The position numbers and the translations under genes are program-made. 64,000 nt of DNA, from NCBI GenBank assembly GCA_045803545.1, contig JBJMOW010000006.1, positions 1-64,000 of the forward strand, in the 5' to 3' direction. Shown here piece after piece: positions 1 through 7,827 of the stretch (position 1 is the first letter of the stretch; each line of letters opens with the position of its first letter). The notes beneath the pieces are model-generated. The model saw only the letters and a program-made list of their open reading frames with translations. It had not been told where the DNA came from and made no database searches. The stretch is from Gemmatimonadaceae bacterium (GTDB lineage Bacteria > Gemmatimonadota > Gemmatimonadetes > Gemmatimonadales > Gemmatimonadaceae).

Positions 1-42
1 ACCCTTACCAAGGGTGTGCTCTACCAACTGAGCTACGCGAGC
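1..42 (-). tRNA. tRNA-Thr(GGT), 5' half; truncated by window edge
   Basis: Reverse complement reads GCTCGCGTAGCTCAGTTGGTAGAGCACACCCTTGGTAAGGGT: D-arm plus anticodon stem-loop with GGT. Confidence 0.93.
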
Positions 43-99
43 GGCTTGTTGACCCTGTTTGCTGCTCCTGCAACTTCGTCCCTTCTTCATCTCTGCCAG

Positions 100-172
100 A
101 GCGGGAGACGGGACTCGAACCCGCGACATCAAGCTTGGAAGGCTAGCGCTCTACCAACTGAGCTACTCCCGC
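100..172 (-). tRNA. tRNA-Gly(TCC)
   Basis: GCGGGAG acceptor stem, TAGCTCAGTTGGTAGAGC D-arm, loop CTTCCAA, GGTTCGAGTCCC T-arm; CCA not encoded. Confidence 0.97.
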
Positions 173-255
173 AAGTGCTTCGAACTGCGAATCGAGAACG
201 CTGCGAGTTGCGAACAACTGCAGTCCTAAAAAAAATCCAACCCCCTCAACTCGTA

Positions 256-338
256 TGGTGGGGGAAGGATTCGAACCTTCGAAGGCATAAGCCGGCAGAT
301 TTACAGTCTGCTCCTTTTGGCCACTCAGGAACCCCACC
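256..338 (-). tRNA. tRNA-Tyr(GTA)
   Basis: GGTGGGG acceptor stem, anticodon loop CTGTAAA, long variable arm, GGTTCGAATCC T-arm. Confidence 0.97.
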
Positions 339-371
339 GATTCGCCAATTTGTCGCCGACGGACCCGGCAG

Positions 372-444
372 AGCTGACGGCGAGAATCGAACTCGCAACC
401 TGCTGATTACAAATCAGCTGCTCTGCCAATTGAGCTACGTCAGC
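372..444 (-). tRNA. tRNA-Thr(TGT)
   Basis: GCTGACG acceptor stem, loop TTTGTAA, AGTTCGATTCT T-arm. The order Thr-Tyr-Gly-Thr matches the conserved tRNA operon that usually precedes tuf. Confidence 0.97.
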
Positions 445-475
445 AACAAACAGCGATTTTCATCGCAAGCCAAGT

Positions 476-504
476 AGAATAGCCAACTTAGAGTACTCAG
501 TCAA
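476..504 (-). promoter_or_regulatory. sigma70-type promoter of the tRNA operon
   Basis: Minus strand TTGACT (504-499), 17-nt spacer, TATTCT (481-476), about 30 nt upstream of tRNA-Thr(TGT). Confidence 0.75.
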
Positions 505-524
505 CCTAAGAGGCGGCCCTGCTC

Positions 525-1022
525 CTACCCATTCGCCTCTTCGCTGGTGGCGGCTTCGACCAGAGTGCGGGACCGGTAGGCGGCTCTCAGCCGGGCGTAG
601 CAGACCCACATCATCAAAAGAACGAGCGGCACGAACAGGAAGCCGATCGAGAAGGCCGACAACATCGCACCGATTGAAAGTGAAACCGTGGCGATTCCCT
701 CAGCGACAACGCGCCAGCGGGATTTCCACAGAATCGCCGGTAATCCGCAGAAGAGAATGGCGACGGTGAACGCGGCAGCAAGCGGCGGAAAATCCGGCCG
801 TATGCTCCGGAATGATTCAACCAGACCGAGTATTCCGAGCGCCGCTACTCCGCCGCAAAGGCCGACTGACAGCGCTTCGACCAAGCCCGCGTTATGACGA
901 AGCCGCGGATTACGCAGCAGAAATCGAATGGCAGTGAACAATCCAACCACTATGCCCGCCACACTGATGGGGAAGACCAGTAGCTGGAGAAACCTCGCGA
1001 AGCCTAACGCACCTTCTTCCAT
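525..1022 (-). CDS. hypothetical integral membrane protein
   Basis: 165 aa with about 5 hydrophobic segments; start overlaps the cysS 3' end. Confidence 0.7.
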   Translation of the reverse strand: MEEGALGFARFLQLLVFPISVAGIVVGLFTAIRFLLRNPRLRHNAGLVEALSVGLCGGVAALGILGLVESFRSIRPDFPPLAAAFTVAILFCGLPAILWKSRWRVVAEGIATVSLSIGAMLSAFSIGFLFVPLVLLMMWVCYARLRAAYRSRTLVEAATSEEANG

Positions 1023-2422
1023 TTCGTCCCCTGTGGCGTGTCTTCAATCGCCACGCCTTTTGATTCCAGCTCGCTGCGGATCGCATCAGCAGCGGCGAAC
1101 TCTCGTCGCGAGCGCGCTTCTTTCCGCGCGGTCAGCTTCGCTTCCACCCATTGCGAAAGTTCGGGATCGGGTCCCGTCGCCTCGGGCACAATGTCGAGCA
1201 CCGCATCGATTCGCGCGAAGACCTCCCGTGCTCTCTCGAGCGCACGCTTGTCGACACCAAGCTTGTCGAGCTCCGCGTTCGCCTTGCGAACAAACGTGAA
1301 CAGCGCGCCAACCGCGGCCGGCGCGTTGAGGTCATCGAACAACGCCGCCGTCACTTCCGCATCCGCCGCGTCTGCAATCTTCTCCAGCTCCGGCGTTGCC
1401 GCTTTCGCTTCCTTCAATCGCTCGGCGAAATCGCCGATGCGGCGCACTCCTTCCATCGACCCCTCGAGCGCGTCAGCGGACATGTTCAGCTGCTTCCGAT
1501 AATGGGTCGAGAACACGAAGTGTCTGAATGCAGCCGACGGCACGCCTTGCTCACGCAGATCCTGAACGGTGGCAACGTTCCCCAGTCGCTTCGCCATCTT
1601 GGCGCCCTCGGTCAATAAGAACTCGCCGTGCGCCCAGAATCGCGAGAACTGTTTTCCTGTTGCGCCTTCTGACTGCGCGATCTCATCCTCGTGGTGCGGA
1701 AAGATCAAATCGACACCGCCAGTGTGAACGTCGAGGGTCTCACCGAGATACTTCATTGCCATCGCCGAGCACTCGAGATGCCAGCCGGGGCGCCCGCGTC
1801 CCCACGGAGAATCCCACGCGGCACCACTCGCCTCGTCCTCTGGCTTGGCTGCTTTCCAGAGCGCGAAATCCTGCGCGTTCTCCTTCGAGTAGTCGTCCTG
1901 CGCTACTCGAGCGCCAGCCTTCACCTCGCGCGTGTCGAGACGCGAAAGCTTGCCATAGTCTTTGAACCTGTCGATCGCGTAGTAAATCGTACCGTCGTCG
2001 GCGAGATAAGCGAGCTTCTTATGCATCAGACTGCTGACAATATCGATCATCTCCGGGATGTGGTCAGTCGCCTTTGGGTAAAGCTCGGCGTCCTGAATCC
2101 GAAGAAATTTTCGATCGCCATCGAAGATCTCGGTGATCGGCTCGGTCGCCTCTTTTATGGTTATCCCGCGCTCGGCGGACGACTTGATGATCTTGTCGTC
2201 GACGTCGGTGAGGTTCATCACCTGATAAACTTTCCAGCCGCGCAAAGCGATGACCCGCCGCAGCAAATCGCCAAAAAGGAATGTGCGGAAGTTACCGAGG
2301 TGCGCAGGCCGATAAACCGTCGGACCGCAGGAATAAAAGCGAACGGTCTCACCATCCGCGGGAGCGAATGGTTCGACTTTGCGGGTAAGAGTGTTGTAGA
2401 GGCGAAATTCGGGTTGCGCCAT
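1004..2422 (-). CDS. cysS: cysteine--tRNA ligase
   Basis: LYNTLTR, CGPTVY, HLGN (HIGH), GRPGWHLECSAM, GGVDLIFPHHEDE; KMSKS motif appears as KMAKR. Start moved to ATG 2422. Confidence 0.97.
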   Translation of the reverse strand: MAQPEFRLYNTLTRKVEPFAPADGETVRFYSCGPTVYRPAHLGNFRTFLFGDLLRRVIALRGWKVYQVMNLTDVDDKIIKSSAERGITIKEATEPITEIFDGDRKFLRIQDAELYPKATDHIPEMIDIVSSLMHKKLAYLADDGTIYYAIDRFKDYGKLSRLDTREVKAGARVAQDDYSKENAQDFALWKAAKPEDEASGAAWDSPWGRGRPGWHLECSAMAMKYLGETLDVHTGGVDLIFPHHEDEIAQSEGATGKQFSRFWAHGEFLLTEGAKMAKRLGNVATVQDLREQGVPSAAFRHFVFSTHYRKQLNMSADALEGSMEGVRRIGDFAERLKEAKAATPELEKIADAADAEVTAALFDDLNAPAAVGALFTFVRKANAELDKLGVDKRALERAREVFARIDAVLDIVPEATGPDPELSQWVEAKLTARKEARSRREFAAADAIRSELESKGVAIEDTPQGTKWKKVR

Positions 2423-2493
2423 TGGGGCAAATCGTTGAGTCGGGAGGGCATTACAAAGATGTACAAACTGCGGGATGAGAGCCAACAGATCGG

Positions 2494-2745
2494 TGCGAAC
2501 TGCGAGCTAGCTGCGAAATGAGGGCTAGTTGCGAGATGAGGGCTGATTGCGAGATGAGGGCTGATTGCGAGATGACGGCCGATTGCGAGATGACGGCTGA
2601 TTGCGAGATGACGGCTGATTGCGAGATGACGGCTGATTGCGAGATGACGGCTGATTGCGAGATGAGGGCTTACTGGTCGGCGACCCAGCCCTCATTTCGC
2701 AACTAGCTCGTATCCCGCAACTAGCCCGCAGCCCGCAGCAATCAG
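2494..2745. repeat. palindromic element with tandem 18-bp expansion
   Basis: Nine units of TGCGAGATGA(G/C)GGCTGAT-like sequence start at 2512, 2530 ... 2656; inverted arm at 2687-2737. Confidence 0.95.
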
Positions 2746-3513
2746 TTAGCTCTCCTCCCGCAGTCCCTCCTGCTCGGCGACTCTCTTCGGCGTGGGAAGG
2801 TCGAAGGCGAGCTCCGCGTCTTTGGGGTCGACTTTCAGCGGGTAGCGGGACGGAGCGACGATTCTGCCTTCGACCAGATTGATCACGCGCGCCGTGATAC
2901 GGTGAAGCTCCACGGGGTTGGGCGCTGCGAGAATTACCGTGACGCTGCGCCGACCCAAGCGTGTGAGTAACGAGACAATTTCCCGGTCGAAGAGCAGACC
3001 TTCGCCGCAGATCGTTTCGTCGAGAAGGATTGCGCGCGGCGAGCCGATTAGTGCCTGCGCCAGACTGAGACGCTGTAGCAGAATCGCCGAGAGGTTGCTC
3101 ACCCGGCGGGTCGCATGGACATGCAAACCAACTTCGCGCAATGCAGTCTCGACCTGCGCCGAGCGGTTCGCTGAGGAGAGATCATGCAGCGTCGCGTAGT
3201 ACTCGAGTGCCTCACGGACGTTGAGGAAAGAGTAATAGCCGGCGCGCTGCGGCACGTAAGCAAGGCCAGGCGGGACGTGATGGCCGGTGACCTGCTCGCC
3301 GAACCAGGCGATGCTCCCCGCGTCAGGGCGCACGAGGCCGGCGAGGCAGAGCAACAATGTTGTTTTGCCCGCGCCCGGCCGACCGACGAGCCCGATGATC
3401 TCGCCATCGTGGATGTCGAGCGAGACTTCGCGAAGAGCGGGAATCGCGATGCCACGCGAGCCGTTGTGAAAGGTTTTGCTCAACGATCTGACGGAAAGAA
3501 CGACGCTCTGCAT
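2746..3513 (-). CDS. ABC transporter ATP-binding protein, degenerate and orphan
   Basis: Walker A GRPGAGKT, Q-loop YVPQ, Walker B ILLDE; signature motif and H-loop altered. ATG 3513 has a GGAGG RBS. Confidence 0.85.
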   Translation of the reverse strand: MQSVVLSVRSLSKTFHNGSRGIAIPALREVSLDIHDGEIIGLVGRPGAGKTTLLLCLAGLVRPDAGSIAWFGEQVTGHHVPPGLAYVPQRAGYYSFLNVREALEYYATLHDLSSANRSAQVETALREVGLHVHATRRVSNLSAILLQRLSLAQALIGSPRAILLDETICGEGLLFDREIVSLLTRLGRRSVTVILAAPNPVELHRITARVINLVEGRIVAPSRYPLKVDPKDAELAFDLPTPKRVAEQEGLREES

Positions 3514-3651
3514 GCAATCCTCCGTGGACGTGCACGGACACAGTCGTACAAGCACGCGGTGTCTCAGCAATCGTTGTGAGTCGAGCGACACCTTTGTGTC
3601 TCGTTGGCGTGATTCTTTCAGCCTTTTGCTCTTCAAACCATGGAGCCGGAA

Positions 3652-4110
3652 ATGAATCGTAGAGCGTACAGGATCGCGCTTTCCCTGCTGCTGTTTGGTA
3701 CCGCGGCGTGCGGCAGTGACACCGCTACCGAACCTCCGAATGCCATCGTCGGCAATTACGTGGCGTCGCAGTGGGTGACAACTGGAGGCTCTGGCCAGAC
3801 AAATCAGCTTCTCGCAGGCAGCACTTTACACCTGGCGTTGGCTGGCGATGGAACTACGTCAGGTCAACTTCACGTTGCAGCGTCCGGCGGCAACCCGGCA
3901 TTCGACGCAGACATGACCGGCACGTGGTCGGAGGCTGACAACAAGGTCACGATCTCTCAGGCTGCCGATACGTTCGTGCGTGATATGACCTTCAACGTTG
4001 TGCCCAACGGAAGCAGATGGTCGCTAGCGGCAGATCAGGTTTTGTCCGGTACGCGAATCCAGCTCACGCTGGATCAGGTCTTTGTAGTCGCGCTGCGCGA
4101 AAATCCGTAG
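3652..4110 (+). CDS. hypothetical lipoprotein
   Basis: Basic N-terminus, hydrophobic stretch and lipobox TAAC; GGAG upstream of ATG 3652. Confidence 0.8.
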   Translation: MNRRAYRIALSLLLFGTAACGSDTATEPPNAIVGNYVASQWVTTGGSGQTNQLLAGSTLHLALAGDGTTSGQLHVAASGGNPAFDADMTGTWSEADNKVTISQAADTFVRDMTFNVVPNGSRWSLAADQVLSGTRIQLTLDQVFVVALRENP

Positions 4111-4116
4111 GAAGCG

Positions 4117-5310
4117 CTAAGCGGACTTTTGGAGGGGGCGCTTCTCCCGAATCGTGATCAGATCCGGCGGTGGCGCGTGCGGAACTAGTACGCCTCCGTC
4201 AGGCACCGGAACCCGCAAAACGAAAATCCGGTCGCGCGTGCTCTTCCTGAAGCCTTTGCCCTCGTAGATGCGGTTGATGAGGATCCGTCGCACAATCACC
4301 ATCACGGTCACCAATGTCGGCAGCGCGACGACGAGCCCGAGCCCGCCGAGCAGCTTCCCAATCACCAGCACTGAGATGATGGTAAGCACCGGCGGCATGT
4401 CGATCTTTTTCGACATCACCAGCGGCGACACGATGTTGCCTTCGATCAGGTGAATGACTACGCCAAGCAGGAGAACGTAGATCGCGCGCGTCCCGCCACC
4501 GGGGCCACCGAGGACGAACAGCGCCGGCAGTGTTGTCGAGAGCAGCGTGCCGAAGAACGGAACCACCGCAACCAGTCCGGTGAATACGCCGAAGGTCAGC
4601 CAGTATGGAACGTTGAGCATGTACAAGCCCGCGGCGGTGAGAGCTGCCAGCACGGTCATCGTCAACAACTGGCCCACGATGTAAGCGCGCAACGCGTCAG
4701 CCAAATCGCGGAGCACGTCGCGAACGAGATCGCGATGGATTGGCGGGAAGAGCGCGATCAACCATTCGCGATAGACGCCCGGCTGCAGGGCGAGATAGAT
4801 GCTCATCACACCGACGGCGAAGCAGTCGATCAACACGTGCACGAAACCGAACACGCGCGGCACCACGCTCTCCGCTTGCTGTGAGAGCTGATCGTAGACA
4901 GCGCTGATCAGCGGGTGCTCGCCCGGTTTCCATACGTCCGCCATCGCCGGGAAGCGGGCGACGAAGATGTCGATGCCGTGTTCCCAGGTCTCGATGTACT
5001 GCGGCAGGACAACGATCAGTGCGCGAGTCTGCTCGACGACAGGCGGGAGCAGAATTGCGAACAATCCAAATAGCATCGCTCCCGAGCCGACCACCGAGAT
5101 GAAGAAAGCGATTCGCGGTGGAACATGTGCTCTATTAACGAGCAGATCTCTCACCGCTCCGAGATAGAGCGAGAGGATGATCGCGATGAAGAGGAGCAGG
5201 AAGACGTCGGCGGTGGCGCCGAGCATCCACAGTAACAAAAGGGTCAGAATCACCCCCGCCAGAATGGGGGCGACTCTAACCCTCGATGCCGGTGCTGCCG
5301 CGGTAGCCAA
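4117..5310 (-). CDS. AI-2E (UPF0118) family transporter
   Basis: Multiple TM segments; VPFFG and IEGNIVSPLVMSKKIDMPP motifs. Confidence 0.9.
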   Translation of the reverse strand: MATAAAPASRVRVAPILAGVILTLLLLWMLGATADVFLLLFIAIILSLYLGAVRDLLVNRAHVPPRIAFFISVVGSGAMLFGLFAILLPPVVEQTRALIVVLPQYIETWEHGIDIFVARFPAMADVWKPGEHPLISAVYDQLSQQAESVVPRVFGFVHVLIDCFAVGVMSIYLALQPGVYREWLIALFPPIHRDLVRDVLRDLADALRAYIVGQLLTMTVLAALTAAGLYMLNVPYWLTFGVFTGLVAVVPFFGTLLSTTLPALFVLGGPGGGTRAIYVLLLGVVIHLIEGNIVSPLVMSKKIDMPPVLTIISVLVIGKLLGGLGLVVALPTLVTVMVIVRRILINRIYEGKGFRKSTRDRIFVLRVPVPDGGVLVPHAPPPDLITIREKRPLQKSA

Positions 5311-5312
5311 TG

Positions 5313-6095
5313 CTATTTCTTGTCGTCGTGGATCTCTTCGACTTCGACGGCTTCCTCTTCGTGCTGTTGGGCGCCGGCGCCGAGCGCCTTGTTAGTGACA
5401 GGCGCGCCTGCAGGAAGAACTCCCATCTTCTGCTTCAGCTGAATGAGCAGCATCTCCGCAGACTGATTTCCGCTCGACGCTTCGAGCCGCTTGAAGTCGT
5501 GGGCCAGTCGGTCGCCCGAGAACTCTTCCTCGATCTCGGCGCTGGCTTTGATCTGCCGCTCGTTCGAGTCGATCTTGTCTTCCATCCGCTTGAATGCCTC
5601 GAATGCCGATTTCTCGGAGATATGGGACATGGTCTCGTTGATGCGTTTCATTGCATCGGCGCGCCGCTGCTTGGCGAGCAGCAGATTCTTCTTGCGGTTC
5701 GCTTCTTCGATGTTGTCGTTCAGGGTGCGCAACGATTCCTTGAGGCGATCCGTCTCAACCTTGTGCGCCTGCCAGGTGAGGTTCAGCTGATCGCCGCGTG
5801 AGATGTGCTCGCTACGGCGCATGAGTGCCTGCTTGGCGAGGTCGTCCTGGTTCTGCTGCACGGCGAGCATCGCGCGCCTCTCCCAGTCCTCAGCGTCTTT
5901 GAGCTCTTGCCGTGTCTGATCCTGGAGGCGCTTTTCGTCGGCGATCGCCGCAGCCACCTGCTGCTTGGCCTTAACCAGCTGCGAGCGCATGTCGAGAATG
6001 ATCTGATTGAGCATCTTCTCGGGCTGCTCGAACTCGCTGATCGCCGCATTCACGTTGGCTCTAAACAGCATCGCGATTCTGTCGAAGATATTCAT
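5313..6095 (-). CDS. pspA: PspA/IM30 family protein
   Basis: MNIFDRI...EQPEKMLNQIILDM start, coiled coil, DDLAKQAL, AFKRMEDKI. Start set at ATG 6095. Confidence 0.92.
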   Translation of the reverse strand: MNIFDRIAMLFRANVNAAISEFEQPEKMLNQIILDMRSQLVKAKQQVAAAIADEKRLQDQTRQELKDAEDWERRAMLAVQQNQDDLAKQALMRRSEHISRGDQLNLTWQAHKVETDRLKESLRTLNDNIEEANRKKNLLLAKQRRADAMKRINETMSHISEKSAFEAFKRMEDKIDSNERQIKASAEIEEEFSGDRLAHDFKRLEASSGNQSAEMLLIQLKQKMGVLPAGAPVTNKALGAGAQQHEEEAVEVEEIHDDKK

Positions 6096-6133
6096 ATAGA
6101 GTTTTGGTTTGGCTGCTGCTTTTACTGCAACCG

Positions 6134-6230
6134 AACAGGTTGCGGGTTGCGAGTTCCTGGGTACGGGTTGTGGGTTCAGCCTTGAGCATCCCGCAACTCG
6201 CAACCAGGAACCCTCAACCCACAACCCGTT
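6134..6230. repeat. hairpin of 6+6 inverted heptamers (CGGGTTG-like)
   Basis: Six heptamers at 6136-6177, 9-nt loop, six reverse-complement heptamers at 6187-6228, then a T-run. Confidence 0.9.
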
Positions 6231-6269
6231 TTTTTGCTTTTCACAATCTATAGCTCCACCGCAAACTCA

Positions 6270-7154
6270 CTAGGACTCCGACCTCTTGATCTGGTACAAC
6301 CTCTCCTTGGCCAATCTGCGCCCGGTAGGCGTTGCTGCCAGTCCGCCGCCCGCTGTCTCGCGATAGCGAACGTCCATCTCACGACCAATCTCGCCCATCA
6401 CGTCGATTACCTCGTCGACCGGGATGGCAAAGGTGATTCCGGAAAGCGCCATCTCGATTCCCGCCAGCGCGATCGCCGAGCCCGTAGCGTTGCGAAAAAC
6501 GCACGGTAGTTCGACGAGTCCGCCCAGCGGATCGCAAACAAGTCCCAGCGTTCCCTGCATCGTGAGAGCGACGGCGTGCCCGACCTGCGATGGCGTTCCA
6601 CCAAGCATCTCGGTCGCCGCACCTGCTGCCATTCCAGCGGCGGCGCCGGTTTCCGCCTGACAACCACCCTCAGCCCCCGATAGTGATGCGCGCTCGGCGA
6701 CGACGGCGCCGATAAGACCAGCAGTCGCGAGACCGTCGACGACCTTTTCGTCGGGAACGTTTCGCGCCTTTGCCAGGCCGGTGAGGATCGCGGGCAAGAC
6801 CCCCGCACCTCCAGCCGTCGGCGCCGCCACGATCACTCCCATCGCCGCATTTACCTCCTGTACTGCCAGCGCCCGCGTCAGTATGTCGCGAAATGGCGTC
6901 TGCGCCAGCGGTCCTTTCTGATTCTGTTGCAGCTTCGCAGCGTCGCCACCTACCAGTCCCGACGCGGATTTCATATCACCCGTCAGCCCTTTCTCGATCG
7001 CCCCGCGCATGACATCGAGTGCTCGCTTGAGCGCGGCGCGAATCTCTGCTATCGGCCGGCCCTGATCGCGCCCTTCGGCAGACAGTGCAACCTCGGCCAG
7101 CGATTTCTTTTCGCGTTCCGCGTCCTTGATGGCGTCGGCGAGCGCTTTGTACAA
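6270..7154 (-). CDS. sdaAA: L-serine dehydratase, Fe-S dependent, alpha subunit
   Basis: IVAAPTAGGAG, SGAEGGCQAE and LGLVCDPLGGLVELPCVFRN motifs. Confidence 0.95.
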   Translation of the reverse strand: MYKALADAIKDAEREKKSLAEVALSAEGRDQGRPIAEIRAALKRALDVMRGAIEKGLTGDMKSASGLVGGDAAKLQQNQKGPLAQTPFRDILTRALAVQEVNAAMGVIVAAPTAGGAGVLPAILTGLAKARNVPDEKVVDGLATAGLIGAVVAERASLSGAEGGCQAETGAAAGMAAGAATEMLGGTPSQVGHAVALTMQGTLGLVCDPLGGLVELPCVFRNATGSAIALAGIEMALSGITFAIPVDEVIDVMGEIGREMDVRYRETAGGGLAATPTGRRLAKERLYQIKRSES

Positions 7155-7155
7155 A

Positions 7156-7827
7156 TCAGCCCCCGCTCACTTTGTCGAGTCGACGCGTCCAGCGCACCCA
7201 ATCGAGCGAGCGCAATTCCTCGCCGGCTTTCTTGTCGGGCTGCTCGTCGCACTCAATCACCATGAAGGCGTCGCCGCCCTTTTCCTTTCTCGTCAGCCTC
7301 AGCGTCGCAATGTTGATGTCGTGCTCGGCGAGGATTCCCGTGATTCTGGCAATGGAACCCTTCCTATCCTCAGCTACGAGAACGATGGTGTGTAAGTTTC
7401 CGGTGACTTCGACCGGATATCCGTCGATCTCCTGAACCAGCACCCGGCCCGCGCCGAGCGAAGAGCCGAGCATGGTTGACTCAGCGCCATCCCGCACGAG
7501 AATGATTCGCACTGTGTTCGGGTGCGCAGCGTCAGCGATGGTGGTTTTCTCGAATCGGTAGTCGAGACCCTCGCCTTCCGCGATCTGCAACGCCGTGCGC
7601 AGCCGTTCATCGTCGGGACGGAAACCAAGAAGGCCACCGACCAACGCCTTGTCAGTTCCGTGACCTTCGCCGGTGCGCGCAAAGGAGCCGTGAAGCTGGA
7701 GGACGGCGGACTGCGGCGTTCCGCCGACCAGACAACGCGCGAGGAGACCCAGCCGGCAGGCGCCGGCGGTATGAGACGACGAAGGCCCTACCATCACGGG
7801 CCCGATGATGTCCAGCAGGCTTACCAT
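7156..7827 (-). CDS. sdaAB: L-serine dehydratase beta subunit with ACT domain
   Basis: IIGPVMVGPSSSHTAGA, GSFARTGEGHGTD, HPNT; C-terminal ACT domain. Confidence 0.95.
   Translation of the reverse strand: MVSLLDIIGPVMVGPSSSHTAGACRLGLLARCLVGGTPQSAVLQLHGSFARTGEGHGTDKALVGGLLGFRPDDERLRTALQIAEGEGLDYRFEKTTIADAAHPNTVRIILVRDGAESTMLGSSLGAGRVLVQEIDGYPVEVTGNLHTIVLVAEDRKGSIARITGILAEHDINIATLRLTRKEKGGDAFMVIECDEQPDKKAGEELRSLDWVRWTRRLDKVSGG

Noticed and set aside
16..477. ORFs 16..477 and 143..337
   Set aside because: They overlap four tRNA genes; shadow ORFs.
2512..2670. CRISPR array
   Set aside because: Units are contiguous 18-mers with no unique spacers, and no cas genes are in the window.
2518..2706. 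Cys-periodic peptide (CEMTAD)n as cysS attenuator leader, metallothionein or RiPP precursor
   Set aside because: It is on the strand opposite cysS, has no RBS or modifying enzymes nearby, and is simply the translation of the tandem repeat.
6096..6224. Long N-terminal extensions in the ORF track (pspA, ccmE, Omp85 fusion, kaiB, ABC ATPase)
   Set aside because: Extensions run through repeats or upstream genes; downstream starts fit RBS positions, overlaps and family N-termini better.
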